Shown here: positions 13,071 to 24,979 of the stretch, piece after piece
Position numbering within the stretch: the stretch's first letter is position 1
Layout: each line of letters opens with the position of its first letter
From: Heterodontus francisci
Lineage: Eukaryota
Length of the DNA stretch: 64,000 nucleotides
Reading direction: 5' to 3'
Assembly: GCF_036365525.1 (NCBI RefSeq)
Contig: NC_090380.1
Location: 87,243,658-87,307,657, forward strand
Translations under genes and position numbers: made by a program
The notes under the pieces: generated by a model
Databases searched by the model: none
What the model was told of the DNA's origin: nothing
Seen by the model: only the letters and a program-made list of their open reading frames with translations

Positions 13071-14231
13071 AAATATATATGCAAATGCAATGAACAGTTA
13101 CATGGCTTACATTGAATGAATTTTGTGACAAAAGTTGCGGTTATCCTATTTGGGATTTTCAATGTAAAAGGCCCATTCATAAAGACTCAAATATAGCTTA
13201 ATTGGACAGGAATAATTACATTGGTGCAGGTTTCAAGCATCTTATAAAAACCCTTCCATATTGGGTCTTACAAATTTAAAAGTTGCACTCAATGATTTAT
13301 CCTGTAGGTCAATATTGGCAGAGAGTGGGGAACACTACTCTTGTTTGCTGACCTTGGCTCTGAAATATATAGCAAAGGTTTTATAAGGTTCAGGCAGCAT
13401 TTCAGCAATGGAATCAATCCAGGATCATGAAGGTTGTTGATGCCAGCTCGCCAGACATTACCAAGCAGTTAAGTGTTCAGAAGTTTTTTGTCCTTTTCAG
13501 AAACCTTCAGTAAGCTGTTTTCCAACCTGCACCAAATTGTCAGCCACTGTAATTATTGGAAATAGGATCACTGCTTCCTTTATTTATATCCAAAATAGTG
13601 CTGGATACAATAAGATGGATTGCAGAAGAGCTTTCAAGTATCCAATCACTCTGTGAAGATTAAGTACTTTAGGGGATAATCAGAATTCTGGCTGGATTAT
13701 CACTTTTCTCTTCTAGATGACCTGGCCTTTCTTTAAAGGGTGCTGAATTTTACCTTCCACGACAGCAATGTTTAATTTTGCTCAGAATTCTATTAAAGGA
13801 TCAGTTGAGTAGATTTCTGGTGTTTTTGCTTCAATACCTCTCCAGGAACCTACAATGCCTTTGTGTTTAGTAACTGGTGCAGCATTTTACATGATCCTGC
13901 AACATGTATTTTAATGATAATGAACTTAAAGTCAAAATCAGCTAACTTGTGGGTGCTCCATATCGATAATGCTAGAAGAAAAGCAAAACGGAATTCTACC
14001 ATATCTCTTCTGGGTACCAGTTTTAGGAAGTGATGTGTACAAATATAGAAATGGCACTTAAAAATAAAAAAAAATCAAACTACAGCATTGTAAAGAGCTT
14101 TGATATTTCCAATATTCCCCACATGACAGACATACCATTGTGGGAGGATTATGGTATGGCCATGTAGTGAGGGGATGTGGGTGGACCCCACTGTTCAACT
14201 CCCACCTGATCACAGCAAGTGTTTTTGTTTT

Positions 14232-14570
14232 GCAGTGGTTAGCACCGCAGCCTCACAGCTCCAGCGACCCGGGTTCAATTCTGGGTACTGCCTGTGTGGA
14301 GTTTGCAAGTTCTTCCTGTGTCTGCGTGGGTTTCCTCTGGGTGCTCCGATTTCCTCCCACAAGCCAAAAGACTTGCAGGTTGATAGGTATATTGGCCATT
14401 ATAAATTGCCCCTAGTGTACGTAGGTGGTAGGGAAATATAGGGACAGGTGGGGATGTGGTAGGAATATGGGATTAGTGTAGGATTAGTATAAATGGGTGG
14501 TTGATGGTTGGCACAGACTCGGTGGGCCGAAGGGCCTGTTTCAGTGTTGTATCTCTAAACTAAACTAAAC
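14232..14570 (+). mobile_element. HE1-like V-SINE (tRNA head, V domain, CR1-type tail)
   Basis: gcagtggttagc...gggttcaattc head; V domain tgtgtggagtttgca...ggtgctcc.atttcctccca; tail gggccgaagggcctg...(taaac)n. Confidence 0.85.
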
Positions 14571-15606
14571 TTATTAGGGTTTTTACCCCTCTGTGTTTTA
14601 TTTGTCAAATAAACAGACAATTACAGGTTTTCTTGTAGGTTTAAAACAGAAGATGAACTAATGAGCAAATATTCACTCCTGAAATGGTTGCAACCTTACC
14701 CACACACGCATTCACTCACACCCACATACACAAGAATAGATAAGTGAGGTAGGTTTTCGGGTTCACGATAACCTGTTGAATCTTCTCAGAGGTCAATTTC
14801 TTCTTTAAAGTTACAGGCCTGGGTTGTTCATAGATTTCACGGTTGAAATTTCAGTCTGAAGATGGGATCAATTCCAGTTCTCTGCTGCACAAGTTGAAGT
14901 GTAGAAATTACAGCAGGGTTGAATTTTTCTCCCAGCTCTCAACTGGACAGGCTTTTGTGGTGTTTGTCCTGATTCTTTTGCTCTCTCTCCTGAGAGCTAC
15001 TTTTTAAATCTAAAATCCTCTCCCATCTTGCCTCTGTTGGGATACATAGATCTTCCTCCCTGTGGTGACTGACAATGGCCTGGGATGTGGCTAGTTCACA
15101 CCTTCTTTATTTCAGAAGAACTCATTCAATTCAAAAATGTCTTTTGAAGAGTTCAGGATTGCTGTTTTTGACACCTCAGCTTTGGAATGTATCCTTCTGT
15201 CCTTGCCAAATAGTAAGTCAGTTTGAATATACAAGGCCAGGTCTTTTGACCTTTGGCAGCCATTTTGAAGCACTTTTTAAAAGAAAAGTCAATTTAATAA
15301 CTCTTCAGGTTGAGTTCTTGTATTTTCAATTGCTGTACTTTATGTGAGCGTGACAGTTGAATAATTTAAATGCTTCCAATGGGGGTTTCAAAGGATTCAA
15401 ACACACACACAAGCTATTTTATGGGTGCATAATTTCTTAAAACATTGCACCACTTAGAGTCATAGAGTTATACAGTACAGAAACAGGCCCTTTGGCTCAT
15501 GTCTTGAAGAAATATTTAAGTATTAATGCAGTTACAATTTGCATTTAATTGAAGTATTATTGAATGCCAGTACACATCTTTCAGTTCTAAATTGAAAGGG
15601 TACAAT

Positions 15607-16680
15607 CAAAGAACAAAGAAAATTACAGCACAGGAACAGGCCCTTCGGCACTCCAAGCCTGCGCCGATCCAGATCCTCTATCTAAACATGTCGCCTATTT
15701 TCTAAGGGTCTGTATCTCCTTGCTTCCTGCCCATTCATGTATCTGTCTAGATACATCTTAAAAGATGCTATCGTGCCCGCGTCTACCACCTCTGCTGGCA
15801 ACGCATTCCAGGCACCCACCACCCTCTGCGTAAAGAACTTTCCACGCATATCCCCCCTAAACTTTTCCTCCCTCACTTTGAACTCGTGACCCCTAGTAAT
15901 TGAATCCCCCACTCTGGGAAAAAGCTTCTTGCTATCCACCCTGTCTATACCTCTCATGATTTTGGACACCTCAATCAGGTACCCCCTCAACCTCCGTCTT
16001 TCTAATGAAAATAATCCTAATCTACTCAACCTCTCTTCATAGCTAGCACCCTCCATACCAGGCAACATCCTGGTGAACCTCCTCTGCACCCTCTCCAAAG
16101 CATCTACATCCTTTTGGTAATGTGGCGACCAGAACTGCACGCAGTATTCCAAATGTGGCCGAACCAAAGTCCTATACAACTGTAACATGACCTGCCAACT
16201 CTTGTACTCAATACCCCGTCCGATGAAGGAAAGCATGCCATATGCCTTCTTGACCACTCTATTGAACGGCGTTGCCACCTTCAGGGAACTATGGACCTGA
16301 ACACCCAAATCTCTCTGTACATCAATTTTCCCCAGGACTTTTCCATTTACTGTATAGTTCACTCTTGAATTGGATCTTCCAAAATGCATCACCTTGCATT
16401 TGCCCTGATTGAACTCCATCTGCCATTTCTCTGCCCAACTCTCCAATCTGTCTATATTCTGCTGTATTCTCTGACAGTCCCCTTCACTATCTGCTACTCC
16501 ACCAATCTTAGTGTCGTCTGCAAACTTGCTAATCAGACCACCTATACTTTCCTCCAAATCATTTATGTATATCACAAACAACAGTGGTCCCAGCACGGAT
16601 CCCTGTGGAACACCACTGGTCACACGTCTCCATTCTGAGAAACTCCCTTCCACTACTACTCTCTGTCTCCTGTTGCTTAG
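15607..16680 (-). mobile_element. CR1 LINE, 5'-truncated, with an open 323-aa RT C-terminal ORF
   Basis: ORF 15682-16653 contains [16 protein letters not shown] and RPHLEYCVQFWSP. The tail repeat reads caaagaacaaagaa on plus. Confidence 0.95.
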
Positions 16681-18069
16681 TTGCTCCTACCAATTTTCTT
16701 GCCTGAGGTGCTGAGTCATGTTTGGCTACAGTTTTGTAGACCAGAGCAGCCCTTAGTACTACATCCAAATGATCATTCTTCGCTTGTAAGCTTCATGACT
16801 ATTAGCAGACAATGACAACTTACATTTACGTTGTGCCGTTAGCATAGGAAAATGTCACAAGATGCTTCATCAGACTAAAATTAGGATGGGTGACTAGTAA
16901 CTTGGTCAGAGGTAGATTTTAAGAAGAAAAAGGTGGAGAGGTTTAGGGAGGGAATTCCAGAGCTTAGGGACTAGACAACTGATGGCATGTTTGCCAATGG
17001 TAGGCCTACTTCACTTTATTATTAGACTATTTTATTAATCTAGCAGGTCCATACAATTTCAAATCAATTTTTAAAATATTTTCTGTAGGAATTTTTAGCT
17101 ATGCCGGTATTATAACAACTTTGAAATAGCTTCAGTGATTCTGGCAGAGATTTTTTGCTACCAGTGTTGGGAAAAGTGGAGAATCTGCAATCATCAGGAA
17201 GTCTTACAAATCAAAGACCCACCTTTTGAAATAGATTTGCTTTGTCTCAACTGCCAATGAATTGTTTAGATTGGATTCCGAGAAGGTGCACTTGTGCCTT
17301 TAAAATCTATTGATTGTTTAATTGTGAAAGTACTTTAAAAAAAAAAAATCTTCCTTTGTACCGATTCAAATGTCAAAGGAGAAGGAGGCATATAACCTAA
17401 TAGCCTTTGTTTCTGTGTTTTCCAACTTTGCCATTTCTCCATATGGGTCGAGAGCGAGCAGTGCACTCTCTATTGCTTCCATCTTACCAAAACCTTATGA
17501 CCACATGTTCCAATAGCTAAAATTTTAGAACTTTTTAAAATCTTGCTCTGTCTGATTAAAGTTTTTTTTTGCCTCTGTTTAATCTAACATGAATGGCCAT
17601 GTGTTTTTTTCCCCTTCAGTCAGAAAGGAGGACTATGCTAGTATCCTATGCTATTCCCGATCCAAGCACTATTGGCAAGGGGGTTTATTGTTCATCTGGA
17701 GGCCTACCATCTTAAATTCTTTATGCACAACCACTTCTGTTCAGGAGAAAGCATGTGCTGACCTATGAAAGCTGCCTTTGTGTTGTGCACAAAATAAAAT
17801 GTGTCAGAGGGAAGATGTGTTCATCTGATGTCCACCACCCTGAATTGCTCTATAGTTTTCAGGTGTGTGGTTTTCCTGTTTAATCTAGTAGCAGTGAGGA
17901 TAATTTAAGCATTACTCATTCTGCTCCTTCTAAGGTCAGGTATCTTTGTACTGATCAGGAACTGAAGCTAGAACCATCGGTATCATTCAGTTCCATTCTG
18001 CATTTGTTGACTGAACTAACTGAAACCTTAGGAATTTCTGACAAGGCAGGCTTTTATTTGTCCATTTTC

Positions 18070-18350
18070 TATCCCCAGTTTTGCTTGAGATGGTGCAGGT
18101 GATCCTTCTTGAATCGCTGCAGCCAGTGTGGGGAAGGTGCTTCCACAACGCTGTTATGTAGTATGCATCAGAATTTTGACCCAGTAACAATGAAGGTACA
18201 ACAATATATGTCCAGGTCAGGGTGGTACCTGACTTGGGGCTGACAGTATTCCAATGTATCTGCTGCCATGGTAGTGGAGATCGCAGGCTTGGGAGGTGCT
18301 GCCGAAGAAGCCTTCGTGAGTTGTTGCCTCCTAAAGATAGTATGTACTGC
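18070..18350 (-). mobile_element. Degraded 3' fragment of the tRNA-headed LINE family (see 27345-30570)
   Basis: Colinear by eye with 27410-27715 (ccttcttgaa.cgctgcag, aattttgaccc, gtcagg.tggt, tgg.aggtgctg). Confidence 0.6.
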
Positions 18351-19183
18351 AGTTGAGAAATTTTTCAGAAATGGGCAATGGATAGCAATTGGAAGATTTC
18401 TCCCTTTCCCCAAACCAGAAATTGAGGCCAACTATTAATACTACTCTAATATCTGCTAACTCAGGCCAGAGATAGCTCTTGATCTTTTTTGATTTAGTAC
18501 CCTATGATATGGTACAATCACTCATTAAGCCATTGCTAGTGCTCATTTTGTAGCCTTTAATCAACACACAGACTATGGAATTTCCTACTCCATCCTCACA
18601 AACTATTTAGTTTTGAAAATTAAAATGACAGCATAAAGGCAATGAGTGCAATATAGATAATTCCATGTGTAAGTAGGCTACCAGGTTTGCCAAATTATTC
18701 TGAGTTCCATGACACTGTCCAGCTATACACACTGCACTGTCTACTTTAAAGAAAAAAAGCTGCAACAAACAATGCCAATTTAAGATTAGTTACATGAAAA
18801 CACATACATAGAACTACAGTGGCCAGATATCAGCTAACTCAGCACAACCCACAGATCAAACCTGGGAGCTTCTGGTCTTTGATTATCACCCATCACCAAT
18901 CAAAACACAGAAGGTTACAGACTTAGAAACAAATGATTTAATAAAGGACACTAATAAAAAGAGACACGATCTAATGTAGACAGAAGTGAAAATTACACAG
19001 TAGTCTTAGTGTGGAAAGTGATAGGGCAGGAGGTTGAAATAGCACATTCTGAATACTGAATTCATTTAATTCAGACCTAATGAACTGGAGTCAGTATTTT
19101 AGCTGTTTCTCAAGATTTGTGAGCCATGTTATTGGTATGCCTCCATTTTGATGTCAGCACTACACAAGATTTAAAAAGGGGGA

Positions 19184-19341
19184 TAAAAGCAAAATACTGC
19201 AGGTGCTGGAAATCTGAAACAAAAACAAGAAATGCTGGAAATACTCAGCAGGTCTGGCAGCATCTGTGGAAGGGTCACTGATCTGAAACGTTAACTCTGC
19301 TTCTCTCTGACCTGTGAGTATTGCCAGCATTTCTTGTTTTT
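19184..19341. repeat. Fold-back Penelope-derived repeat flanked by a 14-15 bp direct repeat
   Basis: aaaaacaagaaatgctggaaatactca...tgagtattgccagcatttcttgttttt forms an inverted repeat. It is flanked by atttaaaa(a)ggggga at 19169-19183 and 19342-19355. Confidence 0.7.
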
Positions 19342-19719
19342 ATTTAAAAGGGGGAAATGTTTTATCTTCAGAAATCTCAAATCTTCTAGAAGCAGTTTAG
19401 AAGTGTGTTGACAGAAATACACTAAATTAATATCATTTTCTAGGAAGCTTTACATTTTTGGAGAGGGCAGTGCTGAGGATACTTCTTGAGAAAACCCAAT
19501 TATTACATAAAATGAGTGGTTTTAAACATATCTTTCCCAACCAGGCTACTGCACATAGCAATCGCCAAAGATTGCATCAAGAAAAACATTTCTCCCTAAA
19601 TAAGCAAACAATTTTATTTTCACAAGATAAAATCTTAGTTTAGAGTAGAATTTAGACTGTGCCCAAATATTAAAGATATTTAGGTAATCATTGCAAAACA
19701 TTGTTAACACAAAACAATA

Positions 19720-19769
19720 AACATCGAGGGCCGAAGGGCCTGTACTGCGCTGTAATGTTCTAATTCTAA
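19720..19769 (+). mobile_element. 50-bp extreme 3' end of a CR1
   Basis: Exact reverse complement of 41777-41826 (stem-loop plus ttctaa tail). Confidence 0.85.
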
Positions 19770-19943
19770 TACTGCAGAAGCTGGAAATCAGTAACAAACA
19801 CACAAACAGAAAATATTAGAAGCAGCATCTGTGGAGAGATCATTAATTTTCGTTTCAGCTGTGGAGCCCTTAGTTCTGTTTATTGTTTCATTATGAAGTA
19901 TTGTGGCTTTATTGGATTCACTTGAACAATTCAGCAAGCAATG

Positions 19944-21002
19944 CTACATCCTCTTCTTTTCCTTTAAGCAATTTTTCTTACTTAAACTTCTTGTAACAAT
20001 TGGCGATCGAGTGAATCGATTAGTTTTCTGCACATTTGCAACTTTCTTCAAGTACTTGAAAATTGAGTGAAAGCAAATTGTGGGGGCCAAGTCGTGGTTT
20101 TCAGTGCCTGCAGAAACCTGCGCACAGTCCATCCTTACGGAGGATACAGGCTTGTCTAGAGGTTTGGGGCTCAGTAACCAGTTACGGCATTTTTTTTCAA
20201 TCCAATTCCGACCTATTTGCCCAACGTTTTGATGGTCTGCATCATGAGCAGAGTTTATGAAGGCCACAGCATATACTTTGCTCATTACCTCCGTACGTTC
20301 ATTCAGTAGGTTGACAAATGTCAACCCGCCATAGCCATGAGCTATGAAGGCTACATTCATTGCAGTAGACTTCGATATAAAGTGGTCCCAAATGTAGATG
20401 ACGTGCTGTTCAGCACTTTCAAAACCTCTTTTTGGTATTTGTTTAAGTGTTAGGTTATATTTTTGATCAGAATCACATTGTTTTTTCTCTTCTGCGGCTG
20501 CGACATCGTCTTGCTTAATAGGCATAAAGTTGTCATTACTGTTTAATACAATCACTTCATAGTGCTCCCTTAGAGCTTTCTTAATAAAAGGGATTTGAGT
20601 GCCAGTATCCAGACAATCATGCACAATCAGTTGCTGGGACCATGTACCGGCCCGCATGACTCCACGATCTTGCAGTAGAACAATTAACTTGCAAGGATTA
20701 GTCAAGGCACCTTCGCTCATGAAGCAGAAACTTTTCGGGCCATCCTCTGCGGCCTCCAGGGGAATATAGACTCGTTTCAGTAGACATTCTTTCTCCAAGA
20801 GTTCGTATACATACTCGGCCAGAACTGTTCCAAAGACTTTGTACCATTGGTGGTTCAAGTTGGTTGCATTACTATATTGTTTGAAAACAAATGGTTGGTT
20901 TGTTTCCGTGTTCCTCAGTTGTCCTTTGTCATTGAAATAGTATTTGAATTCTTTCAGTCTTTTTGCATTTTCCAGTTGTTTAGGAATCACCGGCTCTCCC
21001 AT
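19944..21002 (-). CDS. FAM172B: FAM172/ARB2-family protein (Arb2-like alpha/beta-hydrolase fold), intronless, about 352 aa; probable FAM172B ortholog
   Basis: Motifs YYFNDKGQLR, YVYELLEK, GVMRAGTWSQQLIV..CLDTGTQIPFIK, HVIYIWDHF, AHGYGG and VSAGTENH match FAM172A as recalled. First ATG at 21002 (the track start is TTG). The position beside TRMT10C matches human FAM172BP. Confidence 0.85.
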   Translation of the reverse strand: MGEPVIPKQLENAKRLKEFKYYFNDKGQLRNTETNQPFVFKQYSNATNLNHQWYKVFGTVLAEYVYELLEKECLLKRVYIPLEAAEDGPKSFCFMSEGALTNPCKLIVLLQDRGVMRAGTWSQQLIVHDCLDTGTQIPFIKKALREHYEVIVLNSNDNFMPIKQDDVAAAEEKKQCDSDQKYNLTLKQIPKRGFESAEQHVIYIWDHFISKSTAMNVAFIAHGYGGLTFVNLLNERTEVMSKVYAVAFINSAHDADHQNVGQIGRNWIEKKCRNWLLSPKPLDKPVSSVRMDCAQVSAGTENHDLAPTICFHSIFKYLKKVANVQKTNRFTRSPIVTRSLSKKNCLKEKKRM

Positions 21003-21091
21003 TTTGAGAAAACGATACTCCAAATTAGCTCTTAAGTCAGTAGATAGCCTAAACTAATTATATTGTGCTGTTAATTTGCGATACGACTGTG

Positions 21092-21202
21092 CTTTTATAT
21101 AGATAGAGAAACCTACCCAAACTGAAGTTAACCACTTTTGTTGTTTGAGGCAATACATACCGACCCTTAATTACCATGCTGATACGATTGGTTTAAACCA
21201 AT
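21092..21202 (-). promoter_or_regulatory. TATA box plus double CCAAT promoter of the FAM172B-like gene
   Basis: Minus-strand TATATAAAAG at 21092-21101, about 90 bp upstream of the ATG. Palindrome attggtttaaaccaat at 21187-21202. Confidence 0.55.
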
Positions 21203-21269
21203 GTTCTTTAATTAGTTATATTAATGAAAATGTGTCGGTTCTAGAGTTCTGCGTAACTGCTATGTAAAA

Positions 21270-22570
21270 GTAACAATTTATATTTACATAGCACCTTAAT
21301 GTAATAAAACGTCCTAAGATGCTTCACAGGAGCATTATAAAACAAAATATGACAGAGCCACATAAGGAGATAATGGGTCAGGTGACCAAAAGCTTGGTTA
21401 GAGGTAAGTTTTTAAGGAGTGTTTTGAAGGAAGAAAGAGAGGTATAGGGAGGGAATTCCAGAGCTTAGGGCCTAGGTGCCTGAACAAGTGGCCACCAATG
21501 GTGGAGTGATTAAATTTGGGGATGCCCAAGAGGCCAGAATTAGAGGAGTGCAGATATCTTGGAGGGTTGTGGGGCTGGAGAAAATGACAAGATAGAGAGG
21601 GGTGAAGCCATGGAGGTATTTGAAAATTAAGGATGAGAATTTTAAAATCAAGATGTTGCTTGACCGGGAGCCAATATAGGTAGGTGAGCACAGGTGTGAA
21701 GGATGAATGGGACTTGGTACGAGTTAAGACACAGGCAGCAGAGTTTGGATGACTTCAAGTTTATGGAGAGTAGACTGGGAGACCAACCAGGAGAGTATTC
21801 GAATAGTCAGGTCTAAAGGTAACACAGGCGTAAATGAAGGTTTTAGCAGCAGATAAGGTGAGAGGAGAAGTTGGGCGATGTTACAAAAGATGGTCTTAGT
21901 GATGTGCAAATGTGGGTTGGAAGCTCATCTCTGGGTTAAATGACACACCAAGGTTGCAAACACGCTGGCTTAATCTAATTGTTGCTAGGGAGAGGGATGG
22001 AGTCAACAGCTAGGAAATGGAGTTTGAACCAAAAATGATGGCTTCCCAATATTCAAATGGAGGAAATTTTTCTCATCCAGTACTGGATTTCAGATCAGAA
22101 GTCTGATAATTTAGCAACAGTAGATGGGTTGGGAGAGTTTGAGGTAGAACTGAGTGTTAGCATACATGTGAGACCTAATGTAATAAAAACAAGAAATGCT
22201 GGAACCACTCAGCAGGTCTGGCAGCATCTGTGGAAAGAGAAGCAGAGTTAACGTTTCGGGTCACTGACCCTTCGGAACTTTTTTAGTGTGAGAATTAATG
22301 TATGTTTTCAGATGATGTCACTGAGGAGCCTCGTGTAGAGAAGAAATAGGAGTGGGCTAAGGATAGCTCCTTGGGGGACACCAGGGGCAATGGTGTGGCA
22401 GTAGGAAGAGAAGCCATTGCAAGTGATTCTCTGGCTACGATTGGATAGATAAGAATGGAACCAGGATGACAGTAGAGGGGCTTTGGAGGAAGATGGCACG
22501 GTCAATTGAATCAAAGTTGGCAGGCAGGTTGAGAAGGGGAAGTCTACCTTTGTCACAGTCCCATAGGATG
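21270..22570 (-). mobile_element. L2 LINE 3' portion with a Penelope-derived repeat inserted at about 22180-22280
   Basis: Remnants SWFHSYLSNRSQ..GVPQGAILSPLLFLLY, WLPVKQHLDFKILIL and LGPKLWNSLP. L2 tail at about 21270-21330. Confidence 0.8.
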
Positions 22571-23589
22571 TAAGTTAGGTCAATTTGAGATAACTCACCA
22601 ATTAAAATGTTTGTTATTCATACAAATATATAGACTTGTCATGATTAATTTATTCTTCCTTTGCAAAGAATGCCAAACTCAGATTATTTTGCCATTCATT
22701 CAATTCTTTAGGAGCAACTTAAATGCAAAGTTCTCAAGGATATTTTTGTATGCTAATTAGACTTGAGTACAGCTGAATTCATTATTCAAATAATTAAAAC
22801 ACAATCTACATGTGTTAATGACCAGCAACAATGGAATTTTAATAAGACCTTTGTACAAATCATTGTTCCCTTTGTGTCCTGTTACTTAATTACTATCAGA
22901 AAAAATATTTGTATTGGAACCTGCAAGTTTAGCACTTCTAATTTGAGTGGTGTGTTAATATCACATATAACACTAAGTCCATTATAATTATAAAAAATTC
23001 TCAGCTGATAAAATTACTCTGATGTATATAGCAATGGATTTCTCAGTGCTGCCTTTAACCTTCTAGAACAAGATTTCCTATTGGCACACAGCTAACAGGG
23101 TGTTCTCCACCCATGGGGCCTACCTGCCTTTCTTCAGCTACATTCCCAGGCCAACTTTGTCAGATTTTCCAGGCTTCCCTTCTCCTCTGGATGCACGTTT
23201 TGTTTCTATATATCTCATTATCACCTCATTTTACCTTGCACTATCACCATTTCATCATTTAATGACTTCTGCCCGCCACCCTATCACAGAGCTCCATTTT
23301 TTTGTTTCCTGCAAACCACCTCCTTTCCCCCCAAGTTCTGCACCTGCTTAAGAATTTTTCATCTCTAACTTATTCTAGTTATAATGAAAAGTCATCAACT
23401 TGATAGTTAACTCTCCTTTCTCTCTCCAAAGAAGCTACCTGACCCTGAGTGTTTACAGCATTTTTTGTTTTTACTAAGATTTTGTACTTTAAAATTAGTT
23501 TAGGTATGTGCTATACAAGCACATGCTGTGTCGACTCTACGGTGCATCAGTGAAGGGAGGGCAGATCCTTCATGGCTTGCAGCCTAGGC

Positions 23590-24001
23590 CTTGAATATTG
23601 GTTATCACTCCTCCCCTTCCGGTCTGATGAGGGATTCCTTCCTCCTAGCCGAGAGAGAGAGGAGGAAGGAGTGAGAGGACGAGCTACTGCTCTTGGCTCC
23701 TGCTGTCTTTTTATTTAAAAGCGGACCGAATAGCTGGGCTGAGCCGGTGCTGGGTGTCCGGCCGGCGGGGCTGGCGCTGTCTCTATCTCCGGGCTGGGCC
23801 GTGGGCGTCCGCGGCCTGCAGGTGCTGAATGTGACCGTTACTGAGTTTCCTGCCAGCTGACGGGTCGAAAACAGTGAGCAGCCAGGTCAGGCCGCTCAGG
23901 TCCCTGTTCACTTCCTAACCGTGTGTGTGTATTTTCTTTTAAAAAAAATAAAAGCAATAATTTGCCGTCCAGCCACACATCCCTGCCATCTCACTCTTGA
24001 G
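23590..24001 (+). promoter_or_regulatory. CpG-island promoter and first non-coding exon of a plus-strand gene, probably SENP7 by synteny
   Basis: GC/CpG-rich stretch at 23640-23920, an ETS-like cttccgg at about 23616, and a strong donor GAG/GTGAGT at 24001/24002. The human order recalled is SENP7, FAM172BP, TRMT10C, with SENP7 divergent. Confidence 0.6.
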
Positions 24002-24979
24002 GTGAGTGCTGATCTACTATCTGTTTTAGACCATTTATTTTGGATGATTGCAATTTGGTTTGGGTGTAGAAACAAGTTGGCTACCAATTGTATATTTTGT
24101 TTGTTTTGGCTGCTGATATTTGCTGCTCGGAGTCTCTCACAGGGAAAATACATCTACCGGATGTTTTCAGTTTTTGCAAAAATATAAAATATAACCCACC
24201 GTTAGTCTGTGATTCCTAAAACAAACCTAACTTATTTTTGGTATGTTTTGCATTCACTTGGAAATCAGCCAGATTATCAGCATTATCTTGGTGAAAAAAA
24301 CGATTGGTAAGTTTTATTGAAGAGAGAGCCAGGAAATACATGATTACAATTGTCTTTTGATATGATTTTGGTTATGTTGCACGATGTAAATATATATTTG
24401 GAAATGGCAGCCCTTTGAAGTTGGTGTTGCTTGTTTCAGAATGTCACAGATTTACAACAGATGGGAATGAGTAGCATCTAGCATCGATTTGATCTGAAAA
24501 TTCACTTGCTGCAGCATCTTGCAGATCCTGTAGCATTGCTCACGATGAGTCAGAGGATATGTTTTATGTTAGCGTTCTCTTGAACAAATTGGTGAAGTGC
24601 TACAGGAATTTAGTGTGACGGGCTGAAACAGTGCAAGGTACATCAAAAATTGTTTATATGTTAGTATTTAGGCTATGATCAGAATACTTGGTATTGATTT
24701 AAAGAAAGGTTGAGCAGAAAAATTAATCAAATATACTTTTACAATGTCCAGTCTTGTGTGATATTCAATTCATACTTTTTAACAGCTACTTATACTACCA
24801 GTGATGGGACTGAAACTGCCTGTACTTCTATCATTACAGATCAAAATGTTCCAGATTTAGCCCACGCTTGGAAGAACAAAATCTAGAATTGTGCTGCTGG
24901 GTGTATGTACCCATCTTTATGGTTTGCTAAAATCCTAATGGTAATACTCTAGTTTGTAAAGAGTATGGCAAAAATCCAG

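Noticed and set aside
13100-14000. Possibly coding-like degraded sequence downstream of txnl4b
   Set aside because: No recognisable motif or sustained frame could be read by eye.
14139-15355. Possible solo LTR (TG...CA) surrounding the V-SINE
   Set aside because: No matching TSD and no second copy in the window, so it cannot be supported.
23624-23640. CTGATGAG hammerhead-like core in the promoter
   Set aside because: No stem II or GAAA partner follows; likely a chance match.
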